DNA of 64,000 nt from Octopus vulgaris (taxonomy: Eukaryota), in contig OX597815.1 of the NCBI GenBank assembly GCA_951406725.2, positions 168,578,001 through 168,642,000 of the forward strand. The letters are read 5' to 3'. Shown piece after piece: positions 1 through 11,881 of the stretch (its first letter is position 1; the number at the start of each line of letters is the position of its first letter). A model generated the notes under the pieces. The model was not told the origin of the DNA. It searched no databases and saw nothing but the letters and a program-made list of their open reading frames with translations. Position numbers and translations under genes: made by a program.

Positions 1-356
1 TCAACATCAGTATTATTGTGAGAATCATCAAGTCTGTTTCGCCACAGAACGAGTTTAAGACCGGCTACAAATCTATCAAAATTCAAATAACCATTTGGTG
101 GTGTCACTTTTCTGAGAGCATCTACAACACCAGGCGGAAGGCCTTTAACACCGTCTTCCTTCCATCGGCTTTCAATATCCAATAATCGAACATAACCACT
201 GTGGTTTTCATCAAGAATATCGAAAAGAATTCTTAGAGAAGATACAAACTGTTTAGGGAGATCATCAGTCGTGTTACTATTTTTAAGGTTACATAAAGAA
301 GTATTGCTGTTGATCGATTGATACTGTTGTTGATGAGAACTATCGATATGAGACAT
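1..356 (-). CDS. SAPCD2: Suppressor APC domain-containing protein 2-like, first coding exon (continues beyond window start)
   Basis: Manual translation from ATG at 356-354 is open to the window edge: MSHIDSSHQQ...DDLPKQFVSSLRILFDILDENHSGYVRLLDIESRWKEDGVKGLPPGVVDALRKVTPPNGYLNFDRFVAGLKLVL. It closely matches the remembered human SAPCD2 N-terminus (LPRAFLQSLRTLFDILDD..G.V.L.EIESRW...LP.GV...LR.V.P..GYLTFERFVAGLR). An in-frame TGA upstream supports this ATG as the start. Confidence 0.9.
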   Translation of the reverse strand, partial: MSHIDSSHQQQYQSINSNTSLCNLKNSNTTDDLPKQFVSSLRILFDILDENHSGYVRLLDIESRWKEDGVKGLPPGVVDALRKVTPPNGYLNFDRFVAGLKLVLWRNRLDDSHNNTDV

Positions 357-694
357 CGTTTTGAAACCGCAAACACATAGATAATCAAATCAACTATCAA
401 CAAGCGATAACAAAGAAACAAAAAGTAATTTCTAACGTGAAACAATGAATGAAACACGAAAAATGATAAATCAGCAGATTTTGTCGGCAGACGAATTCAA
501 ATCAAAACGTGCATGAGAATTTGTTGATGTTTTCTTTTCCGTTCCTGTACTTTCCAGATATAAATAACAAACGTAAGAAACAATGCATTAATTTGTGAGA
601 TTATTCAGAAAGGGAGAGAAGAAGAAAAAAAAAACGAATAGCTCACTAAAAACAAAAAAAGAATAATGAAGCTCAAAATATGACCTAAGGTAGG

Positions 695-790
695 CAGAGA
701 GTGCGCGAATAACGATTTAAAGTGGGTTTAGGTCAGACTAACGAAGGCCGACGACACTTTTGATTGGTCAGGTCGAGTGGGCACTTTAGC
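695..790 (-). promoter_or_regulatory. Putative SAPCD2 core promoter: CCAAT box, CHR-like TTTAAA, E2F-like TTCGCGC
   Basis: GATTGG at 762-767 (CCAATC on minus), TTTAAA at 716-721 and GCGCGAA at 703-709, in a locally CpG-richer patch about 350-410 bp upstream of the ATG. Confidence 0.4.
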
Positions 791-1736
791 CGTATAAGCA
801 AAACAAAATTATGAGTGGAACAAACGAAACGAGAAATTTAAATAAATTCAATTAAAAAATGTCTATATTTACAATTTAATGCACTTTGTGGATGGTAAAA
901 CTATTTTCTTTACATTTCTTTAAAGAAATGAAGCAATGTAAACTTTCATTTTATTGTTCAAGTGGTAAGCAACACTGTTTTTTAAGGTATGAAATCAAAA
1001 AGTATAAAACAAAACAAAGAAAGAAAAACTGTCGGGTCGTTGGTCACATTTATTAATTTTATACTTTCAATACGTTAGAAGCATGCAGTCAAGTGGTTGT
1101 CACGAAATGGTTTGTCAAATGATTTTACTTAGTTAAATAAATACTGTTGAGAAAAACAGATTCTTGAGAAGTACCACTTTAAAAGTAAAAAAAATAATAA
1201 TAATAAAATAAAAATGAAATGAAGGAAAGTATTTTTGAAAGTTAACAAAACTTGTTATTCGTGCTCACAATGATATATTTACGCAGTGAAAGTTTCTTTT
1301 CCTCTTTATTATTTTCTTTTGCTTTCTATATTTAATTCATACATTATCAATTTTAAGTATATTTACTCGAGGAATCAAAACTGTAAGGAAAAGGTAGAGT
1401 TATTTGACTCAGTGTGCGACTGATACTGTTTAACGATTCTCGAAGGTAAGGTCGTAATTATAAAAATAAACAAAAAAATTATTACTCCCTATCGACTCAG
1501 TGAAATAACTGCAATTAGAAAAAAACTGTCTATAACTGCATCACTGTCTATGACTACTCTTAAAATAATCACATCATGATCAATGCTTTCTGGATCAATC
1601 GTTGAACTTCGATCTAAGCTGTGTTTTTTCTTTTTACCGTTTTATGTTGTAGGTTATGTCTTCGGTGGAACATTAAACTCGTCGAAGTCGTGAAGAAATG
1701 ATTTATTGTTCAATAATGCAGTCTTTCTCCTTATCT

Positions 1737-1737
1737 A

Positions 1738-1803
<66 letters not shown>

Positions 1804-1836
1804 GGCTTAGTAAAATAAATTACTTTGCCACATACT

Positions 1837-1871
<35 letters not shown>
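1737..1871. repeat. Two (TA)n microsatellites
   Basis: Pure TA runs at about 1740-1799 and 1840-1871. Confidence 0.95.
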
Positions 1872-1873
<2 letters not shown>

Positions 1874-1879
1874 GTAAAC

Positions 1880-2300
1880 ACGCGCGTCTTTGTTTTTTTG
1901 TTTTTTAATACATTTAGTAACCTTCGTTATAGTATTATAAAAATGTTTCAGATAAGAGAGGAGTCACGTTTTAATATATTCACCTCTTCATTTCTTGATC
2001 TGAGGCAAATCGTTTCCTCCTAAAACATCTTTCATTAGAGCAAACAGGTGGCAGGAAGGAGGCTAATAGAGAACGTACTAATACCTCAAATTTGAGTTTC
2101 TGAAATATTTCAACGGTGTGAGCGGCTGTATGAAGATAGGCATTGTCATGCAACAACACAAAGATTTTCAACAGTAGTCCTCAGCATTTGCTTTGAATTG
2201 CACGCTTTTAGCTTGTCGTATAACATCTCCCTATAATGAACATCTTCACTGTTGACTACTCTTGATATTGCTTCGATATTGGCCGTTACAAGTTCCAATA
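1880..2300 (-). mobile_element. Decayed mariner transposase fragment
   Basis: ORF 1980-2171 contains LLHDNAYLHTA (mariner second catalytic D, HDNA motif) and the C-terminal RKRFASDQEMK. Confidence 0.75.
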
Positions 2301-2922
2301 AAATATCGGAATCACTTTTTCTGCTGTTGGTTAAGTTTTTAACTTTCTTTTTTTTTTTTTGTATCAGCCGATTGTGGAAGTTTGCATTCTATATTCTCAC
2401 ACTTACTTTCTCGCTCATAGTGATATATCCATATTTTGCCACCAGTGGCAATTCTATATTTATTTATTTATTTATTCATTTATTCTGAAGATGTTTCGCT
2501 TAGATTATGATAGCGATCCAAAAGTTATGAGTAGATTTGAAAACGATTTTTTTTTTGTACCATTCTGTAAGTTTTTGGACCTATCTTGCACAAATTTAAC
2601 CAAAGGCAAATCTACTTATGACATGACATATTTGCAAATTATATGCCACTTCATCAGTACATACCCCTCAGTTGCACAGAACCGTGTCTTGAACTTGTTC
2701 AATGTTGTTATCAGTAAAGAATAGTAATACTGGTTCTTTCTTGTGTGACCATTTCTAAATTTTTCAATCTATCTATAGACAGTTTATACTGGTAAAACAC
2801 TGTCCACATACTCTGATGAAAGCTTCTGATGATTTCTGTCTCTGTTACAGAAAATGGATCAGTAAATGCTGCTCTTCTTTAGAACAAACAGAAAGCAGAG
2901 TGAGAATAGTTAATGTAATAAT

Positions 2923-3362
2923 GGTTTCAAATCTTGCCACAAGGCCAACAAGTTTGGGGGAGGGCATAAGTCGATTACATCAACCCCAATTGGAACTTAT
3001 TTCATTGACCCTGAAAGGATGAAAGGTAATGTTGGCCTCATCGGAATTTGAACTCAAAAAGTAAAGACAGACGAAATATTGCTAAGCATTTTGCCTAGTG
3101 TGCTTATTGATTCTACCATATCACTGCCTTAATGGTTAATGTAATAATGGTTTCTAATTTTGCCAAGGGCAGCCATTTTGGAGGAGGGGATAAGACGATT
3201 ATGTTGACCCCAGTGTTTCACTGGTACTTAATTTAATGACCTCGAAGGATGAAAGGCAAAGTCAACTTCAGCAGAATTTGAACTCAGAGCATAAAGATGG
3301 GCAACATACTGGTAAGCATTTTGCCCAGCACGCTAACAATTCTGCCAGCTCACTGCCTTATG
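2923..3362 (-). mobile_element. Two head-to-tail copies of tRNA-derived SINE family A
   Basis: Each copy is the reverse complement of AAGGC.G.GAGCTGGCAGAA..GTTAGC...GAGTTCAAATTC..CTTT.CCTTTCATCCT..GGGTC, as in the fuller plus-strand copy at 42946-43178. Confidence 0.85.
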
Positions 3363-3439
3363 GTTAATGTAATAATAGAAACTTAACTGATGTTTCAAGT
3401 TCAAGCCTTACCAGTGAGACTAGTAATGTGTCTACAACT

Positions 3440-4667
3440 AATTTTCACCAATGGTAGAAGACACTTGCCCAAAGCAAGTGAGTTGTGAGATAGGAATTTC
3501 AAAATCAAATGTTCATTATATTTTGAAGCACTGTCCCTGGAAAAATTACATTCCAAAAATAGTCCATGCTCTCAGTGAAGATGGTCCAGAAAGAAGAGTG
3601 GAGTTTTGTGAGTGGTACTTGGCACTCACAAAACTTGGAGTTTTGTGAATGGAAGTTGCACACTTTCCAACAAAGATTGTCTGGAGTGATGAGGCTATGT
3701 TTAAATTAAATGACTCAATTAACCATCGCAATTACACCTAATGGGGACTTGAGAATCCACATATTTCAGTGAAACATCGGGTTAATTTACCAGGAGTTAC
3801 ATTATGTTATAGCTTATCATAAAAAGGATTTATTGGAATTTGTTTGTTTGTTTTGGAGGTGATAGGCATAGCTGTGTGGTAAGAAGCTTGGACAAGTGTC
3901 TTTTACTATAACCGATCAAAGCTTTGTGAGTGGATTTGATAGATGGAAACTAAAAGAAACCCATTTTATATGTGTGTGTGTGTGTTTCTTTTCCACCACC
4001 ACTTGACAACTGGTGTTGGTGTGTTTACATCCCCATAACTTAGCAGTTCAGCCAAAGGGTTTGAAAAAGTACCAGGCCTTAAAAAAAGGACTGGGATCAA
4101 TTCATTAAACTAAAAATTCTTAAAGGTGGTACCCCAGCATGGCCACAGTCTAATGAATGAAGCAAGTAAAAAAACAGATGGTGTAACTGGTCCCATTTAC
4201 TTGAACTTGCTATAGCAATCTGTCATGCCAAGCATTCAAGGGGACTTTGAAGATGTGGAGTTTTTATTTCTAGCCAGATTGGGCACCCCACACTATCATA
4301 ATACCTTGATGAGATTTTGCCAAACAGGTTGATTAGATGAAGAGGTTTGTAGAATACTCTCTTATTTACTAGATATCAAACCACTAGACCATTTTCATGG
4401 GGATTCATAACAGATAAAGTTTACAGTACAAAACCATCAACAATTGACAAATTGAGAATGGCCATTGAACAAGAAGGCACCCAAACACTGAACATTTCTG
4501 ATTCCATTGCTTAACATTTTTCAGAATAATCAGTTTGAAAACAGGTGTTTATAAGAAAATCAATATTTGTCAGTAGATTCTATCAAATTTTGAAAATGAA
4601 ATGTATTTTAATAATCCCTGACTTTATAATCATTCAGTGTATGCATACACTTTTTTGGAACACTGTA
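3440..4667 (+). mobile_element. Decayed Tc1/mariner-superfamily transposon (maT/DD37D-like), interrupted by a SINE at about 3865-4170
   Basis: Frame-shifted remnants [47 protein letters not shown] (first D), WG.ENPH, a QDG.P.HY-like segment and PLDHF.WG..DKVY. Ends in TTTTGGAACACTG followed by TA. Confidence 0.75.
3865..4172 (+). mobile_element. tRNA-derived SINE family B (internal TA/TG tract, tail GAAACAAGTAAAAGA)
   Basis: Matches the fuller copy at 11882-12275. Confidence 0.85.
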
Positions 4668-6155
4668 TACACACACACGAACATGCACACACCTTTGGTC
4701 AGCTCTGTTCAATTATCAAAAAGGCTTTTCAACTGTGACCCCCTTGAGTTTTTTTTTTACCTTGTATATGTTGTGAATCTAGAACTAATATCATCCAGTG
4801 TGTTCTTTCCTAACATAGAGGGGTGTGATTTGAGAGATATTTATCTGTTATTTCTATTAGGTCAGTTGACCATACAGACTTTTCCATTGGTTTGTGAAAA
4901 CGATAAAGTATCTATGTTTGATGATTTTTCTTTTAACTTTACTATTACCCTCTTCTTTTTCTCTCCTGTTTCTCCATCATCATCATCATCATCAACATTT
5001 ATTGCAACTTGAGCAAATATCATTAGACTTCCATCAATAATTAAAATTAGTCATTGATTAATATTGCTTTTTTCTCCTCACAGACTAATTACTTCTAGTT
5101 AGCTTTTTATCATTACATGCATTAAATATATCAACACTGCAGGTGATGTCTCCCAATTATCTATTATCTAAACAATTCGGTTTTTCTATTATGACCACTG
5201 GCCAAGTAATCTTGTGCATTTACTTTGTGATTCTCTTACCACTACTTTACCAATTATGATGAAGTCTGTGTTTTGCTGATGAAAAAATAATAAGTCAGAA
5301 ACACAACCAAAGTTGTCTCCCACACTTGTTAAAATAATTAAAATAATATTAACTAGTATTGTTTTGTTTGTTTAATCTGGCTCCAAGTAATTATAGTTAA
5401 CTTGTTAATACTCTTTGCATTACATGTGTTAACATGAACACTTACTACATAATAACAATACCTATAGTTTAGCAACTGGTCAGAATCTGCATAGAAGAAT
5501 TACAGCTAATTGAATCGACCTGCAGTACATTACTACATAATGTGTCAAGGGGAATCAAGTATCCTCACCACAAGGTCCAGTCCTTCTTGCAGTATAATGG
5601 TTTGTGTGCTCCTGTGAGATCAATACCAGTGGAAAGCATAAGTAGGGCCTCCATGCTGAACAGCTCAAAGGTTAGAAGCCAGATTAATATGGAGCACCAC
5701 TAGCCAGAAGTAAAAAGGGTTTTGTATAGGGTCAAGGCAGCTACCTAGAAAAGAAAAGTTACAGAAGCACTGATGACTATTCAAAGGCGGAAAGTAGAAA
5801 GCCTTGCCTCAGAGAAACATATGACATGGTGCAGCAAAGAAAGCTGAAAAAGCATGGATCTAACTGAAAAGCAGAAAAAACGGCCCAGAATTGAGAACAG
5901 TGGAGCAAAGTACTTAATGACCTGTTCATAAGAAGCAAAAGACTTAAATAAGTGAGTAATCAACTATCTAGAATAATAAGAGCAACTCTGAATTTAGAAA
6001 ATAGAGTGGATGCAAATGAATTGAAGAGATGACTGAGTCAAGAAGAGGCAGGTTGTTTCATCTCAGGTCAGCTCTAATCAAGCAAAACTTAAGATCAAAA
6101 GTATTCCAGCTCTGATCATCTTATATTTTATTCAAACATACTATACCTAGAACTA

Positions 6156-6420
6156 TGTAAGAATTAACACTTCCTTCTCTAAGCCTAGATTCGGTTTTGA
6201 ATCTAGGCTTAGAGAAGGAAGTGTTAATTCTTACACTACTTCCTTCTCTAAGCCTAGATTCGAAACCGAATCCAAGAATTCTCGGTCGTCCAAACCACGA
6301 CAATCAACAGGCGCGAAAAAAGGTTTTCTTTGTCCTGTTGCTCGTCGTGGTTTGGACGACTGAGAATTCTTGGATTCGGTTTCGAATCTAGGCTTAGAGA
6401 AGGAAGTGTTAATTCTTACA
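6156..6420. mobile_element. Palindromic MITE with TGT...ACA ends and 4-bp TSD (ACTA); Ginger-like
   Basis: Perfect 37-bp terminal inverted repeat TGTAAGAATTAACACTTCCTTCTCTAAGCCTAGATTC. ACTA occurs at 6152-6155 and 6421-6424. Confidence 0.8.
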
Positions 6421-7221
6421 ACTACATTATCCATGATGTGCTTGCAATTTCTGTTCTTTTTTTAACAGTAGGATTTGATTTGAGAGAGAAATCTGCTGTT
6501 GTTTCTAACAAAATGGGTGACTATGTAACTTACTCCCTTCATTGGCTCAAGCTAGTTGTGATAGCAGAAGCACAGGTGCATATTTGTAAGTGAAATAATT
6601 ACACTATTATATAAATTAAAATTTGGAGGAGTATTGAGAAAGGGTAACATTGTTTTCTTATGGAAGAGTTAGGTAAAGATTAGGAATAATGGATCAACTC
6701 GAATGTTCACTTACGAAATATCACAAAATAGAGTTACATGAAAATATACTATAATAAACTTTAAACTCCCTCTGATATTCAAATTACTAAAACTCTCAAG
6801 CAATCAGCACCACTTCAACAACAACCAAAAAAAAAAAAAAAGAAAATGTGTTATCAATTAGAGTCAAAAGAATTTGTGCTAATTTATGTTAATTAATTAA
6901 TTGTCATTGAAAGAAAGTTCCTCCTATATCTCAAAGTGCAGTACAAATTCTTTTTTTGTATTTACAGTACCTGTATTCTATTAGGGAAATAAAACCTATT
7001 CTTAAATTATACTTTTATTTCTTCCTGTTTTTCTCATTTTTACTTCATTCAGAATATTAATGACAATACTAATATAGTTTTAATGAGTTTTGTAAGTAGT
7101 TTAAAAAGTGATCAAATATTTGGAAAATTCAGTTATCCAGCTGCCCTTTAGCCCAGTGGTGTCAGATCGGAGGATGTTTACTGTATTGTGCAGATACAAC
7201 CCAACCCATAGATGAAGCAAG

Positions 7222-7524
7222 TGGAGGCACATGGCCTAGTGGTTAGAGCAGTGGACTCACGGTCGAGGGATCACGGGTTTGAATCTCAGATCGGGCGATG
7301 TGTGTGTTTATGAGCGAAACACCTAAGCTCCACGCGGCTCCGGCAGAAGGTAATGGCAAAACTTCTGCTGACTCTTTCGCCACAACTTTCTCTCACTCTT
7401 TTCTCCTGCATCTTGCAGCTCACCTACGATGGACAGGCATCATGTCCAGATGGGGAACCTATACGCCAAGGAAACTGGGAAACCGGCCCTATGAGACAGG
7501 CGTGGCTTGAGAAGGAACAAACAA
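7222..7524 (+). mobile_element. tRNA-derived SINE family C with 15-bp TSD
   Basis: Head GGAGGCACATGGCCTAGTGGTTAGAGC (A box) and GGTTTGAATC (B box); tail GAAGGAACAAACAA. TSD CATAGATGAAGCAAG at 7207-7221 and 7525-7539. Confidence 0.9.
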
Positions 7525-7569
7525 CATAGATGAAGCAAGAAATAAATTACTTCCATAAGTTATTAGATG

Positions 7570-7773
7570 TTGAGACACTGCATCCTTCAAAACTTCCCTG
7601 TTTCTTGAAATTTGCCAATAGTGCACCTGGTACACCCCACCCCCGTTTCTTCTTTTTTTTAAAGACATTTTTCACTGTTCACTTCCTGTGCATATTCTGC
7701 TCATGCAGTTTTGGTTATTTTTTCTGATGAGCTGTACTGCACCTGAGCACTATTTACAATAAGTTCGTTATTA
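7570..7773 (+). mobile_element. Truncated 3' end of a CR1/L2-type LINE
   Basis: Diverged reverse-complement match to 8890-9100 (GCATCCTTCAAAACTTCC...GCACCTGA.CACT..ACAATAA). Confidence 0.65.
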
Positions 7774-7969
7774 TATAAGACAAATGGACAACATTGAAGG
7801 AGAGGAAACTATGTTAAGGTTCTTGAAGAAGACTTGAGTCTCAAAACTTCTTGTAGCATTGCACACAACATTTAACCACTGTGTATTGGAATGCATTATA
7901 ATAGATGTAATACATCTGGAACAGTAAATCTCTTCCTAGTTATTCATTCCACTATTGATGTGCTGTAGG

Positions 7970-8257
7970 CAGTGGCAGACTGTCCAGGTTGTCCGCTTGC
8001 CCAATGGCAAGTGGGCTCCTGTGCCATTAGGATCCATATATGGGGGCTCGTGTTAGTATCTAAGAGGGCCCATCCCCTCAAGCCTGAGAATTTTTTATTC
8101 ACTCCTGGAAGAATGCATTAATTCAGCCTGGCTGCGTTTGTAGACAGTTGAAAAGAATACTTTTAGCAAAAAAAAAAATTATATGATAGCATTGTAGTTG
8201 CTGGTGGGTCCCCTTAGTCTCCTGACAACCAATATTTTCAGACCCTGTCCACCACTG
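7970..8257. mobile_element. hAT-type MITE with 8-bp TSD
   Basis: Ends CAGTGGCAGAC / GTCCACCACTG. TSD GCTGTAGG at 7962-7969 and 8258-8265. Confidence 0.8.
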
Positions 8258-8302
8258 GCTGTAGGTCTGTTCAATGAAAGATAATCTGAGACTATACTGT
8301 AA

Positions 8303-8453
8303 CTTCTTCTTCTTCTTCTTCTTCTTCCTTCTTCTTCTTCCTTCTTCTTCTTCTTCTTCTTCTTCTTCTTCTTCTTCTTCTTCTTCTTCTTCTTCTTCTT
8401 CTTCTTCTTCTTCTTCTTCTTCTTCTTCTTCTTCTTCTTCTTCTTCTTCTTCT
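8303..8453. repeat. (TTC)n microsatellite, about 50 units
   Basis: Read directly; source of the poly-K and poly-S ORFs. Confidence 0.97.
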
Positions 8454-8889
8454 CTAAATAAAGGAGTATGCTTGGTGTTATCAAGTAGAACAATAGAACC
8501 TGAACAAAATTGCCTTTTCTCTTTTGCATTACAAGTTCAAATCCCATCAAGCTCAATTCATCAAGTTCCATTTTTCTAAAGTCAATGAAATATGTATTTT
8601 ATTAAAATACATATCAAATTAAGTCAACTCTATTCCTTTGAACAAAATTTGACCAAGTGCCTAGACCAAAGAAATATATACTGTGTTTCCACCTCAAAAT
8701 CATCATCAACTTCAGTCTCATAAATGCCAACCACAAATTCATTGTCAGCCTCAGTTTCATTACTTTCAGTCATGACTATGTTGTCACTCTTGATTTTATC
8801 ATTGTCAACTTTAATTTCATCATCGTCAACTTAGATGTCTCTGAAGAATGGAGCAACTTTTTTTTTATGAGTAGACTTTGACAGCAGTT

Positions 8890-9305
8890 ATAATAATAAT
8901 AATAATGAAATTATTGTATACAGTGATCAGGTGCACCACAGCTTGTCAAAAGTGGATATAAAGTAAATACAGTAATGTACAAATGTCTGGAAAGCGAACA
9001 ATGTATGAGTCAGATACATGCTTGCGTGTGTATGGAGGGGAGAGAATCAGGTGTAGTGTTGGCGAATCTCAGGAAGCATGGAAGTTTTGAAGGATGCAGT
9101 GCTCTGACAACTAACAACTGATACCTGCAGTTTGTTCTATACTTCAGCAACTCTTAGCATGAAAAAAATGTTTCCGAAAGTCATAGGAGCTGTGCTGTTT
9201 TCTGACTTTGTAAACATGTCCATGGGTGTTAGACAGGTGGAGTTTGAAAAGGTGCTCAGAGTTATTGTTAATAAGGTGGTTAATAACTTTATAGGTGTCT
9301 GTTGA
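8890..9305 (-). mobile_element. 3' end of a CR1/L2-clade LINE (ORF2 C-terminus, 3' UTR, ATT tail)
   Basis: DTYKVINHL..LFKL..SNTHGH.YKVRK....RKHFF, then in a shifted frame LRVAEV.NKL...VVS...SFKT, typical of CR1/L2 ORF2 ends; (ATT)n tail at about 8890-8905. Confidence 0.8.
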
Positions 9306-9951
9306 AGAATTGTAAAAGAATGTGAACATTAAAAGGTTTTGTAAAGGATTACAAGTTTTCTATAATAAAAACTGTCACATTATCATAGATATACATATAG
9401 TCATACATTAGATGTATGTAAAATTATATACTATACTAGATACTTATGCAACAAGACAAAGATAAAAATAACATCAGTCTAACCTTTTATTCATTATTTC
9501 CATTCCTAAATCATACCGCACAATCATCTTTGATAATCAAAATCTGCCCAGTTTTGATCAATATGTATTTACATTCATAAATACATATATTGATCAACAG
9601 CTGGCTGATTTTTATTACTGAAGGTGACTGTGCTGGAATTTTTAGGAATAATATATTAAAAGAGTTAAGTAGGAATAATGAATAAAAGGTTAAGTTGATG
9701 TTATTTATTTTTGATGTTAATGAATTTAAGTTGACGTTGACAAAATTGAGATTGATAATATACGCATGTGTGTGTGTATACATACATACATACATACATA
9801 TGACTTATATATATATATATATATATATATGAGTCAGTCTCATATATAAGTATATATACACACACACATATATATATATATGTTAAATGCGCCTCATAGA
9901 TATTTATATATATGAGACCGACTCAAAATAAAAATATAATACAATGTATAT

Positions 9952-11225
9952 AGACATGGCTGTGTGATAGGAAGCTTGCTTCCCAACCACATGGTTCCAG
10001 GTTCAGTCCCATTGTGACAACTTGGACAAGTGTCTTCTACTAAAGCCTTAGGCTGACCAAAGCCTTGTGCATGGATTTGGTAAACATAACCTTGTAATAT
10101 ATATATATATATATATAGCAGTGGTGACTCAGGCTGTTTAGGCTTAGCCCAAGTATAAATTTAGTAAAGTTAACATGTATTTGCAAGCTGATTTAATTTC
10201 TACTAACACTGGCTTCAGGTATGTAATTACAGCCAGTAACTCAGGCTTCTTTTATTGAGCCTGGCTGCAGTTCATTTATTTTTATTCAGTGTCTGGCAGT
10301 CATCTTAGAAGTGCCCTGTGCCAAAAAATATCCTTCATAGCAGACATTCTCTCAACATCGTTCACACGTGCCTGACTCAGTCTCAGAAGTTATAATTGTA
10401 AAAATTTGAAGTAATTCAAATTCAATGTTTTCTTGAAACAGTAAATTTCCATAGAGATTAGGATTTAAATTCCAATCTATGAAAAGTTTCCATTCTTAAA
10501 GGAACAAAAAATCATCTAACAACTTAGGCTAATACCAACAAGCCTGGTAGGTGCAAAAGACTAACTGGCATCGCTTGTCAAGAGTACAGATGTTTGTTGT
10601 GTGCTCTGCTGTCATTATTTAATTGCTGTTATTCTGTTCCTCTGTATGTAAAAATTAGTCATGTTTTGCAGAGTTGCTTTATTTTTATCCTTAACTTAGA
10701 AATGGAGAAAAACATAGTGTTAGGTATAAAACATAAGCCATTTGGGGTTAGAAATAAAGCAGAAAATATGAAATTCTTCAAGCAGGCATGTGTCTTATGT
10801 GAAATCTGTGATGAGCCTGAGGGACAAAATCTGTGGTAAGCTAAATTAAGTACCAGTTACGCACTGGGGTCGATGTAATCGACTTAATACCTATGTCTGT
10901 CCTTGTTTGTCCCCTCTGTGTTTAGCCCCTTGTGGGTAATAAAGAAATAGGTAAGTTTGAGTGACACTGATGATCTGGAGTCGCCTCTGAAATATGTGTG
11001 CTTGTGTGTGTGTGTCTTTGTGTCTGTGTTTGTCCCCCTATTACCACTTGACAACTAGTGTTGGTGTATTTATGTCCATGTAACTTAGTGGTTCAGCAAA
11101 AGAGAGCGATAAAATAAGTACTGGGCTTAATAAAGAAAGTCCTGGTGTCGATTTGTTCAACTAAAAGCTTTCAAGGTGGTGCCCCAGCATGGCCACAGTC
11201 AAATGACTGAAACAAGTAAAAGAAT
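9952..11225 (+). mobile_element. SINE family B copy split by an approximately 870-bp hAT-like MITE (10119-10989)
   Basis: SINE head at 9952-10100 and tail at 10990-11225. The insert has ends CAGTGGTGACTC / GAGTCGCCTCTG and itself carries a family-A SINE 3' fragment (about 10842-10950). Confidence 0.7.
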
Positions 11226-11881
11226 ACATCATTATTGTCATCATTATTACGATAACGAATCTGTTGTGGTTGATTGAAGTCAGTTATTTTGCCTCTTCGA
11301 TATAACACTTTTAGCATTTAGTGACATTGAGGTTTGCATAGAATCTGAAACATTCAAAGATAGAGAAAAAAAACAAAAAAAAACATGTAAAATGTAAATT
11401 GAGTTAGCAAAGCAAATATTTTATATCTAACAAGGAAAATTAATTGAGACATTGAAACAGTGACGTAGAAAATGTCTTGAAAATATATATATGTATATAT
11501 ATCTTAGCATATGTGTCTCATCATGCAGTATTGTATATATATGTGATCTGTAATGTGATACACCTGTTACTTTAACTACCTGTCAGTAAACCAGGTTCGT
11601 TTTCCAAAAGTAATTAGTCTTACATTCAAAAGAATCCATTAGCTGAATTTTTGCTACGAAATCTTTAAGGGAATAATTTCGTAGAATTGTGATCCTTGAA
11701 ATGATGAGAAAGATTTTCATTGAAAAGACATTGGAATTAAGTTAAGTGAACTCTCTAACTAAAATTTTACAGTGTTATAATAAAATAGCGTAATTATCTC
11801 TTTAGCTCTGGTTAGAAATAAACAGAAAATATGAAATTCTTCAAGCAGGCATGTGTCTTATGTGGAAATCTGTGATGGACA

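Noticed and set aside
233-457. 74-aa minus-strand ORF in the track
   Set aside because: Wrong frame; the SAPCD2-like frame starts at 356.
5276-5305. CTGATGA...GAAAC hammerhead-like words (similar at about 15410, 26540, 27935)
   Set aside because: No pairing stems I and II, or the core is too degraded.
6121-6593. Four overlapping ORFs with repeated peptides on both strands
   Set aside because: By-products of the palindromic MITE.
7222-7295. tRNA-like sequences (also at 12629, 20666, 35196, 42946)
   Set aside because: They are SINE heads: each continues into a shared body, several have TSDs, and none closes a proper cloverleaf.
8179-8579. Poly-Lys and poly-Ser ORFs
   Set aside because: Translations of the (TTC)n microsatellite.
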